Assembly (NCBI GenBank): GCA_973895155.1
Contig: OZ316892.1
Coordinates: 17,474,357-17,538,356, forward strand
Origin: Marsupella aquatica
Lineage: Eukaryota; Plantae; Marchantiophyta
Direction: 5' to 3'
Length of the DNA stretch: 64,000 nt
Part shown: positions 1 through 12,550 of the stretch, in pieces
How the letters are laid out: each line of letters opens with the position of its first letter
Numbering within the stretch: position 1 is the first letter of the stretch
Notes under the pieces: generated by a model
The model's database searches: none
What the model saw: the letters and a program-made list of their open reading frames with translations, nothing else
What the model was told of the DNA's origin: nothing
Translations under genes and position numbers: made by a program

Positions 1-2
1 TA

Positions 3-1429
3 CCATCCCCGCATGTGGCCGAGAGAGAGAAGGAGGGTGACAGCTCTGATAGTGATAGAAAGAACAGAATCACAGATAGGTCTAGGTGCAGCAGTGGTTC
101 CGCTAGTAGCACTGAAGAGAAGAAAGTGCCTGTTCCTACTGAGGCCTTCGATTCGTCGCCTTCTGTCGATGTTCGAGAGGATATTTTCTCGACTCCTCAC
201 GAGCCCCCGCTTCCTACAGCTGGGGAGGGCCAGATCGAGGACATTGAAAGATTAAATGAAGATTCCGGGGAGGAGAAGGTTCAGCATGGTGATGTTCCAG
301 TCACCACTCCCCTGAACGTATCATCTGATGAGATAAATACAGTCGTCGATGATACGACAACCTCCAAGGAGACGATCACTGAAGATCCAGATACTGAAGA
401 CAAACATCAGATCTTACAGGATCCAATTTTGACAGAATCTAACCCAGAGGATGAAGCACACGAGCAAGCGAAAGAAGAAGTACTTACGGCATCCACTGAA
501 TCTGCTCCGCTTGCCACCGACCAGGAGTTGATGTCCGCGAATGGCAAAGGTATCAGCGAAGGGGATACTACGTTTCCAGAGGAGGAAACCCACGACGAGG
601 AGAAGGAAGTTCTTCCAACGGCCGATAAGAGTCTCACGCCGGGAAGCATTTCTGGGGATGAGAGATCCTCCACCCCCTCATTGCATGAATTGGGTGGGCA
701 GGGAGAAGATGCAGTTGCTGCCAGTCTCGTCGATGTCGAGGGTGAGGAAGTCAGCAAGGATGAGAAGGTTGCCAGCCCAGCAATTGATGACAACCCGGCC
801 GCCGCTGATGATAAGCAAGTTGCCTCAACCAGTGCGAAAGCTGAAGAAGAGAAATCTTCCGATGTACTCAATGACGAGGTTGCAACCTTTGTAGAAAAGA
901 CCTCATCGGAGTCGCCGGAATTGGCAGCTGATTCGTTGTCTGTGAAAGCTCTACCGACGTCTGGAACTTCAGAGCCGATGGCCCTAGTTGAAGACAGGCA
1001 TCTTTCTGTCTCGACGCTCGTGGAGAAAAATGGGGTAAGAATCCTTGCTCTTGCTAACATGTTCTCTGTCCTCACTCTATTTATTGCCCCCATCGTCTAG
1101 CAATGAAGTGAGAGCTTGGTGTTTCCTTAATGATGATTGATCTGCGAACGTTCTGGCCACTTGACTCGCACAGAGAGCGTAAGTCCAAATGCTACCAGAC
1201 TGAACTGTAGAATTACCTCGAGGTGCATTGTGAGAGGACATTGATGCGGGCTACATTTTTAAGAGTAGAACGCATCCAGTTGGAAGTTCAATTTCGGTGG
1301 AGGAGCGCAATGTGGCCGAAGATTGACTTGTTTTCTTGTGCCGCGCAGACTGAGAAGCATTTATCGGAACCCAAATCGTCGACGGGATGCTGCGGTGTAT
1401 TATATTGGTTGCTTGGCTCGGACAGCTGA
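3..1429 (+). CDS. 3' part of an acidic (E/D/S-rich), probably disordered protein with a C-terminal GCCG motif; 5' end lies outside the window
   Basis: Frame is open from base 3 (the ORF-track start at 15 is a GTG). Donor GGG|GTAAGA after 1034 (phase 0) joins acceptor GCGCAG|ACT at 1349 (phase 0), giving ...VEKNG|TEKHLSEPKSSTGCCGVLYWLLGSDS* with stop at 1427-1429. Similar C-terminal CCG-hydrophobic tails occur in other plant acidic proteins. Confidence 0.7.
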
Positions 1430-3176
1430 TCCTCCTTATGGATTTTCGGGTTCCGAAGAGTCCGACCATTCTCTTTTGTTAACCTCTTTCTTTGTGCTAC
1501 TGCGGAAGGTGTCGATAGCAGTGAGCCATTTTTCCTCTTTCATCTGGAACGAAACCCTTAGTCTAGAATGTCATTCACGTAGGGAAGGGGGTGGCCAGAG
1601 ATCTCTTCTTGCCTCGAGAGAATAGTACGTACTATTTTCGTTAGGTTTCAGAGTGAAGGACTGATTTGTGAAATTTTTGCTTTGCTAGTCTAACGACGGT
1701 GTTTCCCTGGTTGACAGTATAACATACTAGGTCTAGGATATAATCCTCTTCGCCAGAAGATGCACTCGCGATGCAAAGCAGCTGTGTGCAGTTACAAAGC
1801 TTCGATTCTCTCCATTACTGGTGGACCCGGTTTATCTGATGAAGTTGCCCCTTTTCATTATTCTGTGGTGCCGCCGAGCCTGCACACTCCTCACTCCTCC
1901 TTAAGTCCGTATTGGTAGCAGATCGAGTGGTCACTGCTGGCCACCATATCGGTTCCAGATCTACTGTGTAAATGAGAAGTTGTTGGTCTATAGGGAATTC
2001 TTCAAGGAGAGCAACTTTTCATTTTAATGTGCCGCAAGCTCATCTTCGGTTTTTAGTACTGTAAGTATGTAAAATTCGTTCACCATAGTTCTCGTGTACA
2101 AAGTGCAAAAGGCTCTGTTCGAGCGGATGGGTCCTGAAGTTTATTAGAGGGACGTTGAACTTGCTGAGTCGCCTCCTGTCAATTCACGAACACCAATGAA
2201 AAGTTATTCCGTCAGTTCTCGTCAGCGCAATTCCAAGACTTGGTTGTTCAGTTTCCGGGTCACTTCTTGTCTTCAACAATACATACTTTTTCATTATGTT
2301 CCTGGTCAGAGTCTTCCCCACTGTCCCGGCTGTGGACAGTCGAAGGTACTGGGCAGCTTTGGGGACCTTCGAATTCCATGAGCTATATTCTGGGTTCCTC
2401 AAGTACGTTCTTCGGCAATTTTCCTTCCACATGCATATTCATGAGGTTGTGAACTTGTGACGCTGTATATCAATAACTATCGCTTATAGTTATTGTCAGG
2501 GCTAGAGGAAGATGCCGCCTCCATAGCCCCCGAGTGGATCTGTTTGCTGAGCATTCTGACACTCTGCTCGTCATAAATGAGGTGAGTATTGTAAGCTTTC
2601 AAATCGTCCCTCAAGATTATTGTAATGCCATAGTCTACTTTTTGACAATTTGACTGAACAGTTCCGATCCAAGAAAGAGTTGCCAGCCGTACCCTCCTCC
2701 GTCATCGTCTCTCAATAAAGTGAATTATTAGGTCCCGTTTCGAGCTGGTTCGAATTGAAGGCGGGAAACGAGGAATGGAGAAAAGAGAGCTGCTCTCCCA
2801 CCTTCAATCCACCACACCATCAATGGCAGTACTGTTTGCAATGCTGCGGCACGAGTGAGCCAGAAACTGCCCACCACTTTCGAACGACAGTCTGTCGGCC
2901 TTTGAGTGTATCCCCACCTTTTTCCTGTCCGAATCTGAATCCGCCCTTTTCTACTCCCGAATCTGAATCCGCCTTTTCTAGTCGCGAACGACCAGTCTTT
3001 CCACCTTTTGTCTTTTCGGATGGGCCACAAACTTCTTTGGGACCACTGATGCATGCACCGTCCAAGCTCAAGCGAATGACCACGTGAGCGTTTCGCATTC
3101 TTCTAGCTCACCTATCTGTGCCCCCACAATTCCTGCAAATGTCAAAATCACTAATATTGCCAAGCTCTGTTTCCAT

Positions 3177-3482
3177 GCCATCGGGTACCATAATGTGGTT
3201 TTTAGTTCCGGGGGTTTTGAGGGGTTATTATTGCCAGCGCCATGGATATCATAATGTGGGTTTTAGCTGCAGGGGTTTTGAGGGGTTATCATTGCCAGCG
3301 CATTGGATACCATAATGTGGTTTTTAGCTCCGGGGGTTTTGAGGGGTTATTACTGCCAGCGCCATGGATACCATAGTGTGTGTTTTAGCTCCGGGGGTTT
3401 TGAGGGGTTATTATTGCCAGCGCCACGGATACCATAATGTGGTTTTTAGCTCAGGGGGTTTTGAGGGGTTATTATTGCCAGC
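3177..3482. repeat. Tandem array of 5 copies of a ~61-62 bp unit
   Basis: Unit GCCAYGGATACCATAATGTGGTTTTTAGCTCCGGGGGTTTTGAGGGGTTATTATTGCCAGC starts at 3177, 3239, 3300, 3361 and 3422. Confidence 0.95.
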
Positions 3483-4654
3483 AATGCGCTTGAGACTACG
3501 TCAATGCACTTGAAAGCTGAGAGATTGCAATGCACTTGAAATCCAAGAGATTGCAGCTCCTCCATGAATGTCTTTAATATGTGAAGAGATTGCATTTTCT
3601 CCATAAATGCACAGGCATTAAGAATATAGTAGTGTTCTGTTTGCGAGACATTGTGGCCTGCTTTGACCCGAAGTTTTAGGGGCTATTCCCACCAATTCTA
3701 TGTATATTCTTAATAGGCTTTTCTCAAGTTTTTTAGGGATATTTATAACCGCACTGTTCCCTTAGCAGAAATTTAACTACAGATACAAATATTGAATAAG
3801 TATAATTCTCCAAAAATGCATAGAAAAATTACAAAAAGAAAAATTATGAAAGGATATGGTAACACCCTTTGGAGGGCCTTGTGTGCTCTAACGTCCCCAA
3901 AAGAAGGCTTTAGTCAAGTTAGGGGCTATGTTATAATGCCCCCAATAAGAAGGCTGTAGCCCAAGTGGCATCGCAGGCTATTCATCATCAGTTTGATGGG
4001 CTATGAGAATTCCTTCACAAACTTCATCTTCCCATTTCAGTTGCTACCAATGATTCAAATGACCTATGAAACGTATCCACATAAATTATTCCAGAGAAGG
4101 TAGAAGTTTTGGCTTCTCGGGATCTTTCACTGACTAACTCGTCTCTGGTCTTCATGCAGTCCAACCAAGCGAGGAGGTAAGGATTTTTTCCATGGAGGAC
4201 AAGCATTTCAATTTTCAGATACCATCAAGAGAAGCTAAATTTGAATAATTCACACAACCTGTGCATTTGAATTAAAGACCGCTTTACTCAATAAAAATGT
4301 GCTGCGAGAATTTGGAAACAATAGAATAGAATGATTTGCAATATACGATATTTCTAAAGCTCGACTGTTGGATGTACAATCCACCTCTCCAGTCAAATTC
4401 TAAGCCGCAAAAAGTGACTTGAAGCAAAAATACGCGAAGGATAAGATCCTTCATGTTGTCCGATGGGTCACATTGGTGATGCTGCCACGCGGATCACATG
4501 TATGTCGACCATCCAAAACGTAACCCCAAGACATTTGCAGCGAATTACGTGTAATAAGTCAGTTCCAACTTGTAACCTTTGCATCCACCATCAAGTTTGT
4601 AACAGCATTGAAATGTAGCTAAAGCAACCTTCATCCGGAAGTCAGGTGTTCTCC

Positions 4655-7600
4655 TCATTCCCCCTTTTTGTCTTTTTTACCAACTCTGCAAACGGAAATG
4701 ACCAGCCCAGAGGTGCTTATGCTGCTCAAATAGAAAGGAGAGGGAGTGAAACGATCAAAGCTTTTCATCACAGTGAGTAATCCCTTCGATCACAGGAATT
4801 GGAAGTTACCCTTTCTCAGTTATACCTGACGGGACTAGAAGAGAAAAAGCACCAAAATTTAGCATTTATCAAAAGAAGGAGAATTAGAGTTTTACCTGAA
4901 GCAGTATATCCCCAGTGCAGTGGTAATTTCATGAATCACCCCCGTCGCGAAGTGTAAATATAAAGAAGCTGCATTTAACAGGTATATATCTTCAGAGGGT
5001 TAGTGACCTTCCCCAGAGAAATCAAACCCACTTTAGGAAAAAGCATTTAAAAGCCCATTTAATGCAAGGAGAACAATGCGTTACTGTATCAGTTGAAGTT
5101 GGCAAAATGAAGTCATTTGCTGAACTTACTAGTTCCCCGGGGAAGAGGCTACCGAGACTTACATGAAAATGCAACGTACAGAAGAAGGAGCACCAATTCA
5201 TTCACTAAAGGTTCTCTGCCAAATTTCAAAAAACCGAGTCAGATGTAGCAGAAATCATGCACCAACTAAAGTGGGAATTTGACATACTGGTACAAACACG
5301 TCTAAAATGCAATACAAACACGACTAGGAAGGTCAGCTATCTTACCCCCCTAGCAATCTTGCTGACAAAGCATTTGCAATGCCCAGTGGAAGGAAAAGTA
5401 AGGCCTGTACCAAGTCCATTGAAGAGTACACATGGTAAGCAGAGGGTTATAAAGAGAAGGAACACACTTCCAGAAAACAGGTCGGGATCCTTGCAACAGC
5501 AGGTAACTGCTACAGAACAAGTCAAGAGATAATGTGTGCAAGAGCTGAAAATGCAACTACAATCAAAGCACAAAACAGATTCCCGTTGCAGTTCATCAAT
5601 TAATCACGTTCCTATGCGTACCGTGCACATGCCAGTCTTCAGACCTTTCGGTTCTTCACACAAGTGGGCCAGAATCAGTCTTCCCTGAAAAGACAACCGA
5701 CGAATAATGTCAAAAACATCTGTCCTAACCTTACTATCAAGGTCCTACAACTCATGTGCAGATTTGTAACTCTGGTACGATTACTTCACCAGAGCAGTCA
5801 AAACTCAAGTAACACTAGTCGCAGCATAAACACTAATGGATGACAAGCCTACGAGTTGCCAAAAGAATCGCTTGCAAAGAACGTTAATATACAATGGAGT
5901 TTCAGAACAGTATGAAAATGTTTCGCACCACAAGGTACCCAAAGGCAAACCCAGTGCCTATAAGCAGCAGATGGGGCTGTGTCGCAAGAATGTCGGATGG
6001 TGACAGCCAGCCCCTGAAGCAGAACATACTAGTAAGAGAGAGAAAAAAATAATTGATACTCTTCACACCAGACTCGAGCACGATGCAGAAGTCAAAAGTT
6101 TATAGTTATGTATTGTTATTGAACTGATATGTAGATCAAGCAACTAGCCAAATCACTTTCTCGATATTCAAGGTCCGTGGAATTTCTTTCCAAATACAAT
6201 CCAGGGTTGAGAAAGGGAAACTCTGATTACCAAATTGTCACACCTCCGAGTAGAGCAATAAAAGGCAGGATCTGCACAAATAGTCAAAAACAGCAGTTAG
6301 GATAATCTCCTGTGCCCCTACAGAGAATCTAAGCCCATGCTAACAGTTTTGGACAAGTGAGTTTGATACTAACCATAGCCAACGCCATGATCATACTATC
6401 CCCTCTTGCTTTGACAACTTTGGAAACATTGTAGACGCTGCACCAGTAACCCACAAACAATCTGAGAAGATGAGCAATAAAAATAATCCATAAAAGAAAA
6501 GGCCAACAAGGTCTCATTGAATGGCCTAGAGTCCCATATGCGGATTCAATTCCCTTCTACACTAAAGAAATGAAGAGGGAATACGTACTTGTAGCCAAAT
6601 GTTGGAGTGACAGCAAGCAAAAGCATACCCCAAATGATAAATATATTGGCGGGCATATCTGCCAAAACGTAGAGTACACATATCTTCAGAAAACGGCTCA
6701 TGAGCGCTTGCAAACACCTTCAACTTCTTTTGAAGAGAATTTGCAAAACTACCTGTCTGACACAAATAGAGGCACATGCACATGATGGGAACAACATTCA
6801 ACTATAAAAATATACGTTATCTTTTGCCAGAAATTTACGCAGAGCTTCTTAGCAACTCATCAATCATAAAAAAGGGAGAGGGGCGAAGCAGCTATTTGCT
6901 TCACCCCTCCCCCCTCCGGGTATCGGGTAGCCCTGGCTTGTGAGAAAGGTAGAGCATGGGCAGGGGGGTGGCGGTTGCCTGCGGGGATTATAAGCTTGGC
7001 GTTAAGAAATGTCGGTAAATGCATCCATAGGCACTACGTGTCCCTCTTTGGCTTTATTTATAGGGTCTCACCGTCCTTTCCCGTGCGGCTCAAACGTTTC
7101 TTCGAACCTCTTTTTTATGTTTTTTAATCAAATTTTCCATGTTGCACTAAGTTACTCAAGTCAATTTCTTTCGGGGTGACCGACCACAGTGCTTCGAGTA
7201 GCCATCTCATGATCGTGATTACAACTAAGCACAAAAATTTGAGACCTGTCCTACACAAGGTCGAATCAGACCTATTTCACAAAACACAGCACGGTTTGAT
7301 AACATTAAGCTTATCCGCCTAGTTCTGATATTAACAGACCCTGTTGGATGGCACCGTGAATCTCTTGTTCTCTACTAGATTGAACAACGAAAGTCCTGAA
7401 TAGACGAAATCTCGTGTCTCCGCTTCGTTGAACTGGCTGCTATACTTGCACGCTATATGCTGGATGTGACTTGTACTCAAAAGCAAGCCCACACAGTGAT
7501 GCGCTAATTTGGTTAGGAAATGGAAATATCTCTTCCTTCTTGCACCTCAGTACACAGGCCCTCTTTTGAGGTATTTCACTCGGAAATTGGTGTTGATGTT

Positions 7601-10600
7601 TGGTTGACTACAGGCCACTGTCCTTTAGTTTCCCTATCTCTTGGAGACGGCTCCTCTGCAAAATAGGGCCCATCGGATGTCACTCGGATCAGTTCTTACA
7701 CAATTGTCACATGCTCTACACCTGTTATCTACTTATAATAATCCTGGTGATGTTCTTCTTTGTAACGAGTAAGATACAAAGCGATAATCTCGGTCTTCAG
7801 CATTAATGCTTCTGAGGACGGGCTACCCTTCAAGAGACGTGCTACTGCAGTACGATTCTACGTACTGGGTGTGGGGATAAGTTCAGAAGATAACTGTTAC
7901 CACTGAAAAAGGGTGTAGCATACGTCAGTGCCGCTTTTGGGGGCTGCTTGTCGTTGTGCTTGATGGCTAAGGGATGTCTTTCCTGCAGAACTACTTCCAC
8001 CCTTCTGAGGACTTGCTTCCCTTCAAGAGCTGTGCTATTGCAGTGGAATTCCACATACTGGCCGTGGGGTATAAGTTCAGAAGATAACTGTTGAGCCTGA
8101 AAAAGGGTGTAGCACACATCGGTGCCGGTTTTGGAGATTACTTGTCTTTGTGCTTGGTCGAGGGATCTCTTTCATTCTGCCACCTTTGTGGCTGCTAGTC
8201 ACATTTCTTGGCACATGGAACTACAATGTAACCGTAGAGTCGATGGCAAGAAGCGTGGGTGTGTTTTCAGTTAGTAAAGCATTTTTGCAAAACTAACCTG
8301 GAACGAATGGAAGAAAGCGTAGCAGAGGCACCGCATCCCTAAAATTTAGGGTCCACCATGCTGGACCTGCGGGAGCAACAAACATGGATATTTTCATTCC
8401 TTACGATGAAATTAAAAATGCCTAAGGCTAACAAATAGTATTAAAGCATCCCCAACCTGTCTCAAAAAATTGTTCAATCAATGACAACAAGTGCAGCAGA
8501 GAGAGTAGAGTAGGGGAGGAGAACAGATATAGACACGTACCCACAACTGAAGTGAAAAAGTGAACAGCATAGATCAAGAGTAGGCCCTCTGTTGGGCCAT
8601 TGATCTCTGGCAGAATGAGTGTGTCCGTGAAGAAACTGAATGTTTGAAAAAAATTGGCACGATGGCATTAGGAAGTACAACCTAACAAGAAGACCGCTCA
8701 GAACAAAACAAAAAGAGATACAAGGACATTTGGCTGGCCCATAGACGAACAGGCCCTTGGTAATTACACCTTGACTAGTCACAACTGCATATATAAACGG
8801 TCGAGATGTAGTCACTAGCTACCTTTCCCAGGTAGCCCCATAAAAGGGAATCGTGGCAATCGCCCAGAACCACAGTGCATTCCTCCCACTCATAACTGCC
8901 GACCCAAAAGCCATCGTTTCAAACTGGCAATGGATGATCAAGGAAAAGAGAATCCAGTCATGAACTGACTATATGACAACAAGAACACGAACACTTGAAC
9001 TTATGGATCAAGGACAAAGGGACGCCCTAAAATAGCATACATTGCTGGCAACTCTACCCTTGACTTGTCTCTAGTAGCTCTGGAATAATTATTTGAGGGA
9101 TTCCAAGCAAAACTTGCAGCACTGTGTACCGGTCTTTGCAGCTTACCGCACATGTAAGAGCATCACATCCTGTTCCACATCCAGATCGCCCAGGTTAGAT
9201 TGATGAGGAGATTCAGAAGAAGGTTGAATATTAATGGAAAAGGGACTGATTTTGTTCGAAGCCAAGCTAAGCAGATAACAATTTGGTTCTGGATATCAAT
9301 CTGTAGAACAATAGAACCATACCATGATCAAATAACTCCCCAAGAGGACTGGAAGAATTTGTTCGCCTTGCTTGTTTCCCGTCAACTGCGTCAAAGGTCT
9401 TCAAATGCACAACGGACAAGCCCTTGAGGGACTAGACGTGTATGACTAAACCAACAATCCTGATAAGCAATCGTTAATGGAAAAGTGATTGATCACGCCA
9501 AAAACTGAAAAGCTAGAAAAGTTATGTATGCCCGCACCTGATACAAGAAGAGCAACATTCCGTGGGCAAAGGAAACCCATGTCGGGGAAACACTATCTAG
9601 AGTAGGTGAGTAAATCTGAAGGAAAGCAGTTTCCATGTCAAAATTAGCACAAGATAACGAACGAGACATCTAGGCACTTCCAAACATATTGCATTTAGGT
9701 GCTCTATTTGTGTCATGCTTCGGTAGTAAGCAGCAAGGGACACAACACAAGTCGAGCCAGTGAAAACACCAATGGGCTCACAAGAGCACAAACTGAAGCA
9801 AGAACGAGTCTCACTCACAGCTGTATGCACGTGCAAGGATGGACAGCATCCTAAAGTGTTAAATTCGATCAAGAAAGTTATGTCTTTGAATGGAGAATGC
9901 TGTCAGGAAATCTACAGCCAATTGTGGAGAAAAGAACATACATAGCTCAGCAACGACGATGTAACCACCATGAGGAAGCCCATCAATGTAATCTGAGAAG
10001 GGACGGCAGAAAAGTCGTAAGTGCCACATAAATAGTCTCGCCACTTTACATAGTGATCAACGTGTACTCAGTCTAACACTAAGGAAAACAAAAGCCGCTT
10101 GCAAACCTCCCCCTCCCCCCCCCCCCCTCCCCAAAGGGATAAGTGAGTTATTTTCTCTCCCGTGAATGAAATGTTGAAATGCATATCTTGTCCATCTGCA
10201 CTATGTGCACAATGAATCGACTTTAAAATTCCAAGACTGTGCCAACCGCTATTTACATATCTGGACTGCCCACAATTTTCTAAGGACCCGAGTGAGTTTC
10301 GTGTAGACTACACACTACCCACTGATACATTCACGCCCATACTTTGACCTACTCCTGAATAATAGTAAAGGACAGGGCACTGGATGCATGCAGACACTTT
10401 CCACAGCAAGACACTTCATGAGGGCATCGTCTCAGATGGAACAAGAATACAGAATAAGATACAAATTAGAAAAGAAGTACATACCCCATTCGGCCTGATA
10501 TGGTGCAACGACCGGCCACCCCGTCACATCGGACCCCGCACAGTGTCCCACCAAGAGTAAGTAATTCGAAACATTACTCGCAAAATCCTCAGGCAGAAAC

Positions 10601-10964
10601 ACAAAAACAAAGGAACGTGTGGTGGTAACCAAAGAATATACGAAGGTGAATAGGGCAACGAGTCTTAATCAAAATGCACTGCAAACATTCATTTTAATCT
10701 CCAAGTGCGGAGTACCACACTAAATTCTCTATCACAGAATAGGAATGAGGGCAGCAACCAAATCGCATTGCAGTCGAAGAGATGGAAATATCCAGAGGTC
10801 GTAACCAATTCGTTAGTCCACACTTACGGCATCCAGAGCGGAAAAAAGTTGACACACCAACGCCAGAATGGCTGCAGGATGTACTTGGCCACATAGGACC
10901 TGTCCACCCCGCTGTACTTGTATCTGTGCAATGCTTCCACTCCATGCTTGCTGATGTACCCCAT
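4655..10964 (-). CDS. AAPT1: Choline/ethanolamine phosphotransferase (aminoalcoholphosphotransferase), 18 coding exons, ~392 aa
   Basis: GT-AG exons 10828-10964, 10485-10494, 9942-9992, 9538-9615, 9323-9398, 9147-9169, 8823-8923, 8541-8635, 8298-8366, 6589-6658, 6374-6437, 6231-6271, 5929-6013, 5622-5684, 5346-5404, 5163-5215, 4896-4968, 4655-4685 splice in frame (1179 nt). Protein starts [21 protein letters not shown], contains the CDP-alcohol phosphotransferase motif [26 protein letters not shown] and [20 protein letters not shown], and ends [10 protein letters not shown] (dilysine ER-retrieval-like). The last exon is the least certain. Confidence 0.96.
7809..8173. repeat. Diverged direct duplication (2 x ~193 bp) inside the long AAPT intron
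   Basis: CTTCTGAGGAC...CCCTTCAAGAG...ATAAGTTCAGAAGATAACTGTT...GAAAAAGGGTGTAGCA occurs at 7809 and 8002. Confidence 0.9.
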
Positions 10965-11673
10965 CGTCCGTCCGTCCCTCTCCTCTCCACTCCACCACTC
11001 TGCTTCTCTCGGCTCTCCCTGACTTCAGAGATTCATGCTTCTACTGGCAGCTTGTTTGCTCGGGCCTCTCGACGAGGTGAGCTACTGAGCTGCGACTTGC
11101 TCGAGCTTCTCCGCAGATTAGTGCGCGACGGAGAGCTACAGAGCAGCTATTTGCTCGAGCTGCTCTGCAAATCAGAGTAGACCTGCGAGGGGGAGCGCGA
11201 GAGAGAGGCAGAGGATCAATTTTGCATGAATGAGAGAATGAGAGAATGAGTGAATTGGGAGCGGAGCGGCGGTCGAGCCCCCGAAGAGCGAGTGACGAGG
11301 GACGAGGGGCGAGGGTCGGCGGAGAGAAGGTTAGCGTGGCCACCAGTGTTTCCTTTTGCGCCAATTTACGCACATTTTTTGGCACGTTTGTGAAAGGCGC
11401 TTGCTAGTAATACAAACAGCTTTTTTAAAAAGGTTTAGTGGCCAAAATCGACGGTTGAGATATGGCATTGCATAGATTTAACGGTCCCGATGTAACCTTG
11501 CAAGTGAAGCACAAAATGTCCGTTGCGGCTTGCTAACTCGCCACCTGTCCAAAATGCAAAACGAAACGATGGTGGGGACTGCCACTACACTAGGCTAAGT
11601 AACTAGGGTAGGCAATGTTGGGACCACACACGAAGAAGTGATTGTTGGGTCCTGGGGACCACAGGCACAGGAG

Positions 11674-12550
11674 CTCCCAAAATGATGCTCCTAACAATCG
11701 AACCCCTATGGACACCTTTTCAATATAAAAAATGGTTGTCAACAGCAAGGTTTGACCCTCAATATCTCCGTTGATATCTAACAGAATAGGCTCTTCTTCA
11801 TTAGGCTCCAGAAATGATGCTCCTAACCATGGAACCCCTACAGACACCCTTTAGTTTCAAAAATGGTATTGAACAGCAAGGTTTAACCCTCAATATCTCG
11901 GTTGATATCTAATAGAATAGACTCTTCTTAACTAGGCTCCAGAGATGATGCTCCTAATCATGGAACCCCTATGGACGCCTTTTTAGTTTCAAAAATGGTT
12001 TTCAACAGCAAGGTTAGACCCTCAATATCTCCATTGATATCTAGGGGAATAGCCTCTTTGTAGGCTCCAAAAATGATGTTCCTAACCATGGAACCCCTAT
12101 GGACACCTTGCTAGTTTTGCAAATGTTTTCAACAGCAAGCTTGACCCTCAATATCTCTGTTGATATCTAACAAAATAGCCACTTCTTAGGCTCCCAAACT
12201 GATGCTCCTACCCATGGAACCCCTATGGGCTATGGACACCTTTCTAGTTTTGCAAATGGTTTCAACAGCAAGGTTCGACCCTCAATATCTTTGTTTATAT
12301 ATAACAGAATAGGCTCTTCTTAGGCTCCTCAGAAGAGGCTTGGAAAGAGCTACAAAAATGATGTTCCCATCTACCCAGCCAAGGAATCATGCAACCTCCA
12401 TGGACTGTGACATCTTATACACCTTCCATTGAAGTCCCTTCTCGTTTCTGAAATGTTCTAACAGTAAATTTGGACCCTCAATATCTCTTGTGATCTCGAA
12501 CTGACTAGACTCTTTTTGAGCTTGTTAGAAGAGGCTTGGAAAGAGCTTTC
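11674..12550. repeat. Tandem array of ~130 bp units (5 copies plus a degenerate partial), upstream of AAPT
   Basis: Recurring ATGATGCTCCTAACCATGGAACCCCTATGGACACC...AACAGCAAGGTTTGACCCTCAATATCTC...GATATCTAACAGAATAGGCTCTTCTT at about 11674, 11805, 11936, 12064 and 12190, with a partial copy near 12460-12550. Confidence 0.9.

Noticed and set aside
407-1093. 228-aa minus-strand ORF
   Set aside because: Antisense shadow of the low-complexity acidic exon on the + strand.
3177-3482. CRISPR-like appearance of the regular repeats (also 11674 and 46537)
   Set aside because: Units are contiguous with no unique spacers, there are no cas genes, and the context is eukaryotic.
4024-4206. 60-aa minus-strand ORF beyond the AAPT stop
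   Set aside because: Not needed for the AAPT model and has no recognisable domain; possibly TE debris.
6460-6485. IAHLLRL peptide in an AAPT intron ORF identical to the TPC pseudogene S4 segment
   Set aside because: The nucleotides differ and no flanking similarity exists; coincidence.
7720-7765. [12 protein letters not shown] resembling the SNPGDxVLD motif of amino-DNA methyltransferases
   Set aside because: Too short, lacks the following DPFxGxG motif, and is followed by stops.
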